Positions 12,001 through 17,579 of a stretch of 64,000 bases of DNA are shown in pieces. This stretch comes from an uncultured bacterium (lineage in GTDB: Bacteria; Acidobacteriota; Thermoanaerobaculia; Multivoradales; JAHZIX01), in the NCBI GenBank assembly GCA_965368975.1, contig CBDUPA010000006.1:96001-160000 (forward strand). Direction: 5' to 3'. The notes beneath the pieces are model-generated. The model made no database searches. It was not told the origin of the DNA and was given only the letters and a program-made list of their open reading frames with translations. Position 1 is the stretch's first letter. Each line of letters starts with the position of its first letter. Both the position numbers and the translations under genes were made by a program.

Positions 12001-14351
12001 TGGAAGTGCCACGCAGCCTGGCTTCGACACCCCTCTTCCAGGTCTACTTCGCGCTGCAGAACCTGCCACCGGCGACGGACCTCGACCTACCGGGACTGCG
12101 TCTCGAAACGCTGTCGTCCGGCGAGCCGCAGGTGCGCGTCGACCTAGAGCTGACGCTGTCGGAGACTCGCGGCAGCAGCGCGGACGTGGTGGTCGGCGGC
12201 TGTTCCTTCGCCACCTCGCTGTTCGACGCCACCACCATCGAGCGCTGGCTGCGGCATCTACAAGCCCTGCTGCGCAGCGCGGTCGCCGAGCCAGAGCGGC
12301 CGATCACGGCGCTACCCTGGCTCGCCCCGGCACAGCGGCACCAACTGGTGTGCGAGCAAGCCGCCTCGTTGGTACCCGCACGCCCCGCCACCGAGGGCGA
12401 CACGATCGTCGACCTGCTCCGCCGCCATGTCCGAGAGCAGCCGGATGCCATCGCGCTGGTGTTCGAAACCGCCGTCAACGTCGACTCGCCGCCCACACAC
12501 CACCTGACCTGGCGCAAGCTCGACCTTCTCGCGCGCCGTCTCGGGCAGGCGTTGCGCACCCGTTTGGAGAGCACCAAGGCCCCGCCCGACGCTCCCATCG
12601 GCCTGTGGCTCAACCGCAGCCTGGAGTTGCCGGTGGCGGTCCTCGGCACCTGGTACGCGGGGCGGCCGTATCTGTCGCTCGATCCGGCGTATCCCACCGA
12701 GCGCCTGCATTTCATGCTCGAAGACGCACGCGTGCCGTTGCTGCTCAGCGAGCGCACCTTGGTGGAGCCGGACTCCGGCTTCCCGACACTCTTCCTGGAC
12801 GAGATCTTCGGCCCCAGCGCCGACAAAGCGGCCCGCCGCGACGCAGGGCCGCTGCAGGACCCCGAGCCGATCCATCCGCTGCAGCTCGCCTACGTCATCT
12901 ACACCTCCGGTTCCACCGGTACCCCCAAGGGCGTGGCGTTGCCACACCGTGGCCTGCCCGACCTGCAGCGCGCCTTGCAGCACCTGCTCGGCGGTGCCCC
13001 CGGCCAGCGCGTGCTGCAGTTTTCTTCCTCCAGCTTCGACGCCTTCGTGCTCGATCTGCTCAACTCCCTGGGCAGTGGAGCGACCCTGGTGCTGGCGTCC
13101 CTGGACCTGATCCTGCCCGGCCTCGACTTGTTGCACCTGCTCTACCGTCAGCGCACCGATATCGCCATGGTGTCGCCGTCGGCTCTGACGGCCGTGCTGT
13201 TGGCTGGCGAGGCGTCCAGCGGCAATGTGCCCTTGCCCTTCCTGCGCTGCGTGGCCGTCGGCGGCGAAGCCTGTCCCCCCGAGCTGGTACGCCGTGCGGC
13301 AAAAGGCCGCCAGCTGTTCAATCTCTACGGCCCGACCGAGATCACTGTCTTCGTCACCGCCGAGCGCTTGACGCCGGCTTCCGTTGACAGCGGTTCCCCT
13401 TCCATCGGCCGTCCGATCTTCGGTGCCGCCGCCTATGTGCTCGACACCAACCGCCGTCCGGTGCCACTGGGCGTAGCCGGCGAGCTGTGCGCCCGCACCA
13501 CCGGCGTGGCCCGTGGCTACCTGCGTCGCCCGACCCTCACCGCGCGCGCCTTCGTTCCCGACCCCTGGAGCCCCGAGCCCGGAGGGCGCCTCTACCGCAC
13601 CGGTGACCTGGCGCGCCGCTGTCTCGATGGCCGCCTGGACTTCCTGGGCCGCATCGACCACCAGGTGAAGTTGCGCGGCTATCGCGTCGAACTCGGTGAG
13701 ATCGAAGCTCAGCTGAGCCTCTGCCACGGTGTGCGCGAAGCCATCGCGACGGTGCGCGGCAAGGGGCAAGACGCCCGCCTGGTGGCTTGCCTGCTACCCG
13801 AGCATCCGGCGGATCCGCCGGCCGTCGAGGAGCTGCGCGCGGCGGTCGCTGAGAACCTGCCCGAGTTCATGGTGCCGGCCACCTACCTGCTGTTCGACGA
13901 GTTCCCGCGCAGCCCCAGTGGCAAAGTCGACCGTCGCGCCATCGATGCCGAGGTCAGCGAAGAACTCAGGACCCGCCGCAGTGACGCCGACTACGTTGCG
14001 CCGCGTGACGAGCTGGAACAGACGCTGGCCGAGATCTGGCAGGATGTGCTCGAAATCGAACGCGTCGGCGTGCACGACAACTTCTTCGACCTCGGTGGCC
14101 ACTCCCTCCTCGCCACGCGCCTGATGGCGATGGTGCGCGACGAATTCGAGATCGACCTGCCGCTCAAGACTCTGTTCGAAGGCCCGACACTCGGCGAACT
14201 GTCCGTCGCCATCGCCCGAAACCGCTCTTCCGGTGTCGAGGAAGACGAGCTGGAGCGGCTGTTGGCGGATGTCGAGGGACTGTCGGAAGACGAAGTCGAA
14301 GCGCTGCTGGGCAGCGAGGATGAGGACGGCGAAGACGGTGCAACGGCGTAA
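12..14351 (+). CDS. Multimodular NRPS, 5'-truncated by the window edge: [A C-term]-T-(C-A-T)x4-acidic tail; no E, TE or R domain
   Basis: Frame is open upstream of 12 (AERLPSYMVP). Five GGHSLLA carrier motifs (~330, 3870, 7316, 10800, 14095). Four C domains (HHIVSDA, HHICGDG, HHIATDG, HHIASDG) with LSFxQxRLW-type starts. Four complete A domains (YTSGSTGxPKG, YGPTE, YR(T/S)GD). Confidence 0.97.
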   Translation: MPSYMVPALLVDLDALPLNANGKLDRRALRQLALDGVASVQAEDAHVAPRTKTEARVAAVYAEILGLVPAKDDLVPAQNDEAAMEEGAKEAGAETVSVETSFFDLGGHSLLATRAVSRLRRAFEADLPGLELPLRILFERPSAAALAAWLDEQRQAGEYVAQRSALPSIQAEPRRPSRLPLSFSQERLWILHQLDPQSIAYNVPSALRLRGLFDDRRLASALSEVARRHEVLRTTFPAVEDTVEEDPSGTRVSMEAEQRIAAPRPVPVPRVDLRRLPGSGRDGARYAEAQRLAVAEGRRPFDLRSGPVWRVILLQLDADATKPEAILLLTLHHIVSDAWSRAVLTRELVALYEGRQLDPLPLQYADYALWQRRYLEGKVLDAQLEYWRRQLAGAPTVLELPTDHPRPPVQRALGDHQWRRLTPELTVALVSLARADGATMFMLLLTAFGILLSRYTSPSSGNSSLLIGSPIANRHREEIEPLIGFFVNTLVLRLDIDGDADFRQLLAQAKIMALDAYAHQDLPFERLVEALDPQRDLSRSPLFQVMFVLQNAPRATVASSEDQLADLEFEGVEAETGVAKFDLTLAAVEAPLAAPTDGPSDAHDTLGLTLSLERNRDLFDATTAQRMLAHLEQLLAAVVAAPETAAGQLPLLTLAERGQLVEWERDEFPEELPHSDPDSMSRPTSLPISLPISLQGPVLERALDRPDAVALVAGRQVVTYGEFGRQIEHLARRLVQAGVGVDDRVAVLADRSVEQVTAQLAILAAGGAFVPLDPEYPLRRLAFMVADARPAVVLVQPHLHELARDVLADTGCPRIELALERQRLGSERQHEVSALPPLPGKLPRSTSPLQAAYLIYTSGSTGKPKGVLIPHAAIVQQLLWSQRNLPLTPADAMLIKTAASFDVAVWELFAPLWAGARTVLARPGGQKDSAYLVRSCRRAQVSHLHFVPSQLELFVERVETEQAEGTGTCSTLRRVCTAGEALPRRLSQRLAQALPGTRLFNLYGPTETIVVDSCYPVPAAGARVTVSQTVPLGRPFRGVRFRVLDTWGQRVPVGVPGHLHIGGDQLARGYLDRPAVTAAVFIPDDDVTAEPGSRQYRSGDRVRWLTGGDLEFFGRLDHQLKLRGLRLEPAEIEARLQEHPAVQQAVVLARRSPAGDERLVAYLVTEGRQDADPSLAPAELRRHVQQTLPEFMVPALFEVVPELPLGPGGKLDRRALPEPSWRSGLEASGSSGRPPRGQLEELLADFFAEVLGLSIQAEPRQDEPLQEEPLQQEAVSINAERSFFDLGGHSLLAVRLLSRVRRATGVDLPLRVLFEAPTVAQLARRLEAEQLSAPSDDAGAWVPVPRVEGEALPLAPQQERLWFLDQLEGGSGYNLSLALLLQERSLPAENQLEDSTPDSSGAGPAPSVSAFSAALNAVVARHEALRVVFEPPRTDRETPSQCVQPVAPVPLPVVDLRSVATVHEEELARRLARAWVAQPFDLRTGPLLRALWLRLRSVRPPGSPLDCRLGRGALVLAQHHICGDGWSTGVLLRELAAFYRAHVLAASSTSSLAPELVPLPEPLPLQYPDYAILQRRRLGLDQETQDASRRSGVLAAQVDWWQRRLTVDGEALPPLDLPVDRPRSTSMGAAGQLPIVLPDATARQLDDLGRASGATAFMVHLALYAALLGRLSRQAAFGVGVPVAGRQVELEPLIGFFANTLVLPIELPAEPGSRLSFAELLEQVRQTALEAFAHQDVPFERLVEVLQPRRDLTRPPLFQVMFDLAHASAAPLPELPGVDVLPMGVEVASAKFELTFSLFQDPSGLGGGLEYDASRFDASTIRRWLRAWSVLATAAAGAPDQPLAELPWLDVAERHQLLREWSEPSSQLVQASPPMQAPELLDTLAQRAAEIPDAIAVEAPVEATGESGRYLSYRDLLRRVQVRADELRASGVGVESIVPVDLPRSSELIVELLAVLTAGAAYLPLDPKLPATRRDELMADVGTLAGSPPTQKLASQELPRLPAERAAYVIYTSGSTGKPKGVIVSAGALSTYVHDAARRFRLGPGSRVLQFASVSFDAAAEEIYPTLLAGGTLVLRSEHMLAGPADFLDACRRRAVDVLDLPTAWWHELVPALAQGVASWPPSVRRVILGGEAVRPDSVRDGLQHAVGVELLNTYGPTEATIVATEARLSPRSARTRAPIGRPVAGTYARVLDPWLRPVPAGVAGELTLGGSGLARGYLRRPAHTAAVFVPDPWSREDAGARLYRTGDRVRWLTDGRLDFLGRLDRQLKLRGFRIEPGEIEACLAAHPRVSSAAAVLQGAGVQGEETQEEGPRLVAFAAVQPQADEAVSAELQAELQAELQAELHAELRAELHEALRQQLPAYMVPAHVEVIESLPLTSTGKVDRRALVLRELHHAVRTKTPPSTPEEALVAEIWSQVLAIDAAALGRDDDFFQLGGHSLLATRVLARLRRAFAPEASEAPEASEAPEANAGAQHELDVQLSALFEYPTLAALARHLGQLRRDGEASTSAASSPVPVARDRPLPLSFAQQRLWFLQQLDPDLTAYNMPTALRLNGRLQPARLAAALSAVVARHEVLRTRYRALGPEQVIDVAAPVPMPLVDLSGLPAAVVSGEARRLAVRDARTPFDLARGPVLRAHLLRLSTGNVDATSHAVLLNLHHIATDGWSEAILVREVAACYEAVESGHEDAAATLPPLALQYADYAVWQRQWLSGDELQRQLDWWRRQLAGAPEVLQLPVDRPRRRLDEREAQRGARRPVRLPAPLVDDLRALAARHGATLFMVLLAAWQVLLARLTGRPDVPVGTPIAGRTRVEVEDLIGLFVNTLVLRGRPRQAESFGDYLGRTRGQVLEAWRYQDLPFERLVEELQPQRSLDHTPVFQVLFVLQNLPHTELRLSGLTLSSFAAPTLEETAAPGAEHQVKLDLELALAEVPAALSGPAAGEVVGTCGYRISLFDATTVERWMRAWHRLLAAVVAAPTRAWRELPWLSAAEAHQLRFEFNDTASPAGQAAKNLWPRLAAHVARRPDAIALVFDDTSGPTHHLSWAELDRSSAALARQLRRAGAGPERVVALCMQRSPQQVLAQLAIWRAGAVYLPLDPDLPAERLAFLRTDAKAEWLLAGRREREVLEAVRTPDLQYLEAEALLREALQEEPSYALATVSGVEGPAHPDHLAYIIYTSGSTGQPKGVAIPHAGMLDLLDTLEHHFALPVDGRHLHFASTSFDASILELLAALGRGATFVLAARSAMAPGVDLARLLARQAVDVAMLTPSVLAAQLPGTGEASIPSASIPGNGQAGIAGVRTVLMGGEACLAETASRVSSLCRLYNCYGPTEITVIVTADTLAAGSYAQSPSIGRPLPNSSSHLLDRDLQSVPLGVAAELVVGTLGLARGYLGRPARTAQVFVPDPFASAAAAGSRLYRTGDLVRRRQDGRLDFVGRIDQQVKIRGFRIEPGEIEAVLGAQPGVREAIVVVLAPSSPADASSATGASSATGVSEPRLAACIVPTLPQQPPSTDGLRAALRARLPEYMVPAVLDVRTDVPRTESDKVDRNALASLLQSSLHGQGGAGAEPSSPQELALAAIWRELLDVEQVGVDDDFFHLGGHSLLATRVASRLRRDLALDVPLPALFEHPKLGALARYLESLRDGTQGSAASAPVPPPRPVPRQPEASGEVLLAASFAQHRLWFLARLEPELTEYNMPLPLVFRGALSPPRLAAAFDGLCARHEVLRTRFREQQGEALQVIEPPSRQPLPVVDLGGLDVPRAEATAAELAAREAARPFDLEHGRVLRTVLVRLDPQRHALLLDIHHIASDGWSQGVLLRELAALYRGESLPPLPIQYADFAVWQREWLQGDVLDAQLVYWREQLKAVPALLELPADHPRPAQRSSAGDSRPLLLDAELTAGLKALAAREGATLFMVLLAGFQVLLGRLSRQADVLVGTPVAGRDRVETEGLIGFFINTLVLRGSLHDDPTFRDALRRARATALAAYGHQDLPFERLVEALEVPRSLASTPLFQVYFALQNLPPATDLDLPGLRLETLSSGEPQVRVDLELTLSETRGSSADVVVGGCSFATSLFDATTIERWLRHLQALLRSAVAEPERPITALPWLAPAQRHQLVCEQAASLVPARPATEGDTIVDLLRRHVREQPDAIALVFETAVNVDSPPTHHLTWRKLDLLARRLGQALRTRLESTKAPPDAPIGLWLNRSLELPVAVLGTWYAGRPYLSLDPAYPTERLHFMLEDARVPLLLSERTLVEPDSGFPTLFLDEIFGPSADKAARRDAGPLQDPEPIHPLQLAYVIYTSGSTGTPKGVALPHRGLPDLQRALQHLLGGAPGQRVLQFSSSSFDAFVLDLLNSLGSGATLVLASLDLILPGLDLLHLLYRQRTDIAMVSPSALTAVLLAGEASSGNVPLPFLRCVAVGGEACPPELVRRAAKGRQLFNLYGPTEITVFVTAERLTPASVDSGSPSIGRPIFGAAAYVLDTNRRPVPLGVAGELCARTTGVARGYLRRPTLTARAFVPDPWSPEPGGRLYRTGDLARRCLDGRLDFLGRIDHQVKLRGYRVELGEIEAQLSLCHGVREAIATVRGKGQDARLVACLLPEHPADPPAVEELRAAVAENLPEFMVPATYLLFDEFPRSPSGKVDRRAIDAEVSEELRTRRSDADYVAPRDELEQTLAEIWQDVLEIERVGVHDNFFDLGGHSLLATRLMAMVRDEFEIDLPLKTLFEGPTLGELSVAIARNRSSGVEEDELERLLADVEGLSEDEVEALLGSEDEDGEDGATA
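6999..7070 (+). repeat. In-frame 12-bp tandem repeat, 6 copies (AELQ/AELH/AELR), in the second complete A domain
   Basis: GCCGAGTTGCAG x3, GCCGAGTTGCAC, GCCGAGTTGCGC, GCTGAGCTGCAC read directly. Confidence 0.95.
7371..7418 (+). repeat. In-frame 18-bp tandem repeat (APEASE, ~2.7 copies) inside a T domain
   Basis: GCCCCGGAAGCTTCCGAG GCCCCTGAAGCTTCCGAG GCCCCTGAAGCC. Confidence 0.93.
10440..10475 (+). repeat. In-frame 18-bp duplication (ASSATG x2) in the third complete A domain
   Basis: GCATCTTCAGCGACCGGT GCATCTTCAGCGACCGGC. Confidence 0.9.
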
Positions 14352-14369
14352 GCCTGCACTTGGCTGACT

Positions 14370-14399
14370 TTGGCAACTTTCCGACGCCTCCGCTATTAT
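14370..14399 (+). promoter_or_regulatory. Putative sigma70 promoter for the small membrane protein gene
   Basis: TTGGCA-N18-TATTAT in the intergenic gap after the NRPS stop. Confidence 0.45.
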
Positions 14400-14450
14400 G
14401 AGTGCATTCCGTCCCGAAAACTCACTCTGTCCGAGCCAAGGAGGCCGTCT

Positions 14451-14621
14451 ATGAAGATGAATGCGCCCAAGAATGCAACCTGGACTATCGCTGTGATCCT
14501 GGGTCTCGTGGGTCTGGTGGGGCACCTCGTGCCCATCGCGCAGGTCGCGCCGTACTCGTTCTGGCTGGTGAGCGCGGGCTTTGTGCTGCTGGCCCTGGCG
14601 AGTTTGCTCAAGGGGTTGTAG
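14451..14621 (+). CDS. Small (56 aa) two-helix membrane protein, hypothetical
   Basis: AAGGAGG SD upstream of ATG 14451; MKMNAPKNATWTIAVILGLVGLVG...FWLVSAGFVLLALASLLKGL has two hydrophobic segments. Confidence 0.85.
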   Translation: MKMNAPKNATWTIAVILGLVGLVGHLVPIAQVAPYSFWLVSAGFVLLALASLLKGL

Positions 14622-14683
14622 TCCGGCCGGGAGAACCCGAGCTAGTCTGACCAGCACCTGCCATCGTCGGCGACCTATCCTCG

Positions 14684-14689
14684 TATACT
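14684..14689 (+). promoter_or_regulatory. -10 box (TATACT) 7 nt before the helicase ATG; probable leaderless start
   Basis: TATACT-CACCGCG-ATG, no SD. Confidence 0.55.
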
Positions 14690-14696
14690 CACCGCG

Positions 14697-17195
14697 ATGG
14701 CGGTGCGCTTCGATCTCGATACCCGTAGCCTTGACCTGAGCGTCAACGACCTGCTCGAAAGCAGGTTGTTGCGCAGCTTGGGCTTCTCCAACCGTGGCGG
14801 CTACGAACGGCTGTGGTTGGGGCAGGCGATCCACAGCCGCTACCAGGAAGGGGCGCTGGAAGCCGACCCGACCTTTCGGCGGGAAGTCAAACTGGTGGTC
14901 GAGATGATCCACCGTGGCTGGACGGTGCGCATCCAGGGTCGGGCGGACGGTCTGCGCCGGGATCCCGACGGTGGCTGGGTGGTCGAAGAGATCAAGAGCA
15001 TTCGACGCGGTGGTCAGCTGTCTCCGACCATGCGCGAGCTCTACGAGCGGCAGGCGCTGCTCTATGTGTGGATGCTGGCGCAGCAGGACGATTCTGCGCT
15101 GACGGTGGGCGATGGTGAGGATGTCAGCGCCGAGCTGGTGCTGATCGAGATCGGTAGCGATCGAGAGCCGATCCGCGAACCGCTGCAGGCAGACCTGCGC
15201 GGTCTCGAGGTGGGCGTCAAGCGGCGGCTCAACGCGCTGATCGGTGGCTTCGAGGCCGAACGCAAGGCGCAGGCGCGACGTCGGCAGGCGGCGGAGGAGA
15301 TGGCGTTCCCGTTCCCCGATCCGCGGCCGGGACAGGAACGCATTCTCGACGCCGCCGAGCACGCGCTCGAGCACGGGGAACACTTGCTGGTCGAGGCCGC
15401 GACCGGTCTCGGTAAGACGGTAGCGGCGGTATATCCGGCCCTGCGCTACTGCCTGAACCACAACAAGCGCCTCTTCGTGCTCACCGCCAAGACGCTGCAG
15501 CAGGAGATGGTCGTGCGCGTGCTGCAGATGCTAGAGGCCGGGGTCGACGGTGCGGGCTCGATGAGTGGCGACAGCAGCCGTGAAGGTGGCGCCTTCCACG
15601 CCCTACGCCTGCGCGCCAAGGCGAAGATGTGCGCCAACGACCAGCTGATCTGCCACGAGGAGTACTGCCCGTTCGCCAAGGAGTACTACCTGAAACTGCA
15701 GACCACCAACGTCATCGACGAGATGCTCTACCGCCACCGTGTGCTGGAGCCGGACGATGTCTACGAAGCGTCGCGGCGGGCGGAAGTCTGCCCCTTCGAG
15801 ACCAGCCTGGAGTTGAGCGGTCGCGTGCAGGTGACGGTGTGCGACTACAACTACGCTTTCGACCCCTATGTCGCGCTGACGGATTTCGGCGAGGATGCCG
15901 ACCTGCGCGACACCGTGCTGATCATCGACGAGCTGCACAACCTGGTCGATCGCGGCCGTGGCTATTACAGTCCACTGCTCAGCGCCCGCGCCGCGCGCCT
16001 GGCGGCCGAGCGCGTGCGTTTCGGGGGCGAGCCCGTACATCGGCGATTGGAACGTGTCTGCCGCAAGCTGGCGGAGTGTATCGAGTCCGCCGTCCGTGAC
16101 CGCCTGGAAGAGCTGCCCGGGGGCACCACCGCGGCCGAGGTCAAGCTGCCCGAGGACGACCTGTGGGCGCTGCGCCCGTCCTTCGACGGGGCCTTCATCG
16201 ACTACCTGGAGTACCAGCGCGAGAACAAGAGCTTCCAGCCGGAAGACCCTTTCGTCACGCTCTACTTCGACTTCCTGCGTTTCCTCAACGGCCTCATGCT
16301 GAGCGATGGCAACACCTTCAGCCACTGCGTCGAGCAGGAGGGGGGCGACAGCCGCCTGCGCATCTTGTGCAAGGACCCGAGCCGCTTCTTGGGCAAGGTG
16401 ATGCGCCGTTGTCACGCGGTGATCGGCCTGTCGGCAACCCTGAGTCCACCCGAGTTCTACCGCGACCTGCTGGGCTTCGACGCGGATCGCGCCGTCGTCC
16501 TCAGCGTGCCCAACCCTTTCCCGCCCGAGCATCGCCGCGTGGTGATCGATGATTCCGTAGCCACCACCTACCGCGAGCGCCCGCGCTTCTACGGTCGCAT
16601 CGCCAACCAGCTCGCCGATTTCGCCGACAGCGTGCCCGGCAACTGCCTGGCGCTGTTCCCCAGCTACCGTTTCCTGGCCGAAGTGGCGCAGTTGTTACCG
16701 ACCACCAGCAAGCGCGTCCTGGTGCAGCAACGCTCGGACAGCGATGGCGACCGAGAGGCGATCTTGGATGCCCTGCGCTCGTCCCTGTTCAACGACGTGC
16801 TCTTGCTGGCGGTGGCAGGGGGCGTCTTCGCCGAGGGCGTCGACTACCCGGGTGACATGCTACGGGCGGTGGCGATCATCGGCCCGTGCCTACCTGCCGT
16901 GTCGCTGGAAAAGGAGCTGCTGCAGGCCTACTACGACGAGCGCTTCGACCGCGGCTTCGAATACGCCTTCGTGGTCCCCGGCATGACCCGCGTCGTCCAG
17001 GCCGCTGGCCGCCTGATCCGCTCCGACAAGGACACCGGCGTCATCGCGCTGTTCGACCAACGCTTCTTGCGCCACCCCTACCGGCGTCACCTGCCGGCCG
17101 ATTGGGGTGATGCCGGTTGCCTGGCCGGGGTGCCGGCCGGGGTGGCGGCAGATTTCTTTGCAACCTTCGAAGAGAGTGTGCGTATTGGAAAATGA
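14697..17195 (+). CDS. DinG/XPD (Rad3)-family Fe-S DNA helicase with N-terminal Cas4-like PD-(D/E)XK nuclease domain
   Basis: GQAIH...GRADG...EEIKS...QALLY nuclease motifs; Q motif RPGQ; ATGLGKT; Cys cluster C..C..CPF..CPF; DELHN; SAT; EGVD; QAAGRLIR. Confidence 0.92.
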   Translation: MAVRFDLDTRSLDLSVNDLLESRLLRSLGFSNRGGYERLWLGQAIHSRYQEGALEADPTFRREVKLVVEMIHRGWTVRIQGRADGLRRDPDGGWVVEEIKSIRRGGQLSPTMRELYERQALLYVWMLAQQDDSALTVGDGEDVSAELVLIEIGSDREPIREPLQADLRGLEVGVKRRLNALIGGFEAERKAQARRRQAAEEMAFPFPDPRPGQERILDAAEHALEHGEHLLVEAATGLGKTVAAVYPALRYCLNHNKRLFVLTAKTLQQEMVVRVLQMLEAGVDGAGSMSGDSSREGGAFHALRLRAKAKMCANDQLICHEEYCPFAKEYYLKLQTTNVIDEMLYRHRVLEPDDVYEASRRAEVCPFETSLELSGRVQVTVCDYNYAFDPYVALTDFGEDADLRDTVLIIDELHNLVDRGRGYYSPLLSARAARLAAERVRFGGEPVHRRLERVCRKLAECIESAVRDRLEELPGGTTAAEVKLPEDDLWALRPSFDGAFIDYLEYQRENKSFQPEDPFVTLYFDFLRFLNGLMLSDGNTFSHCVEQEGGDSRLRILCKDPSRFLGKVMRRCHAVIGLSATLSPPEFYRDLLGFDADRAVVLSVPNPFPPEHRRVVIDDSVATTYRERPRFYGRIANQLADFADSVPGNCLALFPSYRFLAEVAQLLPTTSKRVLVQQRSDSDGDREAILDALRSSLFNDVLLLAVAGGVFAEGVDYPGDMLRAVAIIGPCLPAVSLEKELLQAYYDERFDRGFEYAFVVPGMTRVVQAAGRLIRSDKDTGVIALFDQRFLRHPYRRHLPADWGDAGCLAGVPAGVAADFFATFEESVRIGK

Positions 17196-17243
17196 GAGCG
17201 ATCACGAGGCAAAGAACGACGCTCCTCCTACCCTCCTCGGAAA

Positions 17244-17272
17244 AGCCCGCTGACGACAGCGGGTTCTTTTTT
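17244..17272 (+). terminator. Rho-independent terminator after the helicase
   Basis: AGCCCGCTG-ACGA-CAGCGGGTT followed by CTTTTTT. Confidence 0.85.
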
Positions 17273-17302
17273 GCTCCGGACTCTGGGGTGCGAGGGAGGT
17301 TT

Positions 17303-17331
17303 TTGCTTTTTCTCAGCCTGCGGAGTAAACT
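17303..17331 (+). promoter_or_regulatory. Putative sigma70 promoter with no downstream + strand CDS
   Basis: TTGCTT-N17-TAAACT. Confidence 0.6.
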
Positions 17332-17337
17332 GTTTTT

Positions 17338-17543
17338 CGTCTCGCAGCGTATATAGAGGGTAGAAAGTCGCGAGGGCGAACTGACGATTTCTTGACGGTA
17401 TATCGTCATACTCCTCTAGCTAGCACGCAGGCGACGACCAAACAACAGAAACGAAGAGAAGAAGGTCGCTTACAGACCTACAACAGTCTCTACGAACTTC
17501 TCCTCCTCCTCCTAGGCCCCGCTCCAAAGCGGGGCACTTTTTT
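17338..17543 (+). ncRNA. Candidate ~200-nt small RNA with A-rich loop and CCUCC tracts
   Basis: Bounded by the promoter at 17303-17331 and a + oriented terminator. Hairpins at 17382-17408 and 17435-17468; CTCCTC at 17411; CTCCTCCTCCTCCT at 17500-17513. No credible ORF. Confidence 0.5.
17516..17543 (+). terminator. Rho-independent terminator, + orientation
   Basis: GCCCCGCT-CCAA-AGCGGGGC followed by ACTTTTTT; U-tract only on the + strand. Confidence 0.8.
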
Positions 17544-17576
17544 GGTCCGGAGTTTGGTCCGGAGTCTTGGTCCAGA
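17541..17576. repeat. 12-bp tandem repeat, 2 perfect copies plus 1 degenerate
   Basis: TTTGGTCCGGAG TTTGGTCCGGAG TCTTGGTCCAGA. Confidence 0.85.
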
Positions 17577-17579
17577 CGG

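Noticed and set aside
52-15461. Long alternative-frame and antisense ORFs over the NRPS and helicase (e.g. 8682-10325, 10012-11637, 12312-13769, 13794-15461)
   Set aside because: Shadow ORFs expected in high-GC coding DNA; no recognisable motifs, and they overlap well-supported genes.
17196-17579. Possible CRISPR array next to the Cas4-like helicase
   Set aside because: No repeat-spacer periodicity; only a 12-bp tandem repeat and hairpins; no cas1, cas2 or effector genes.
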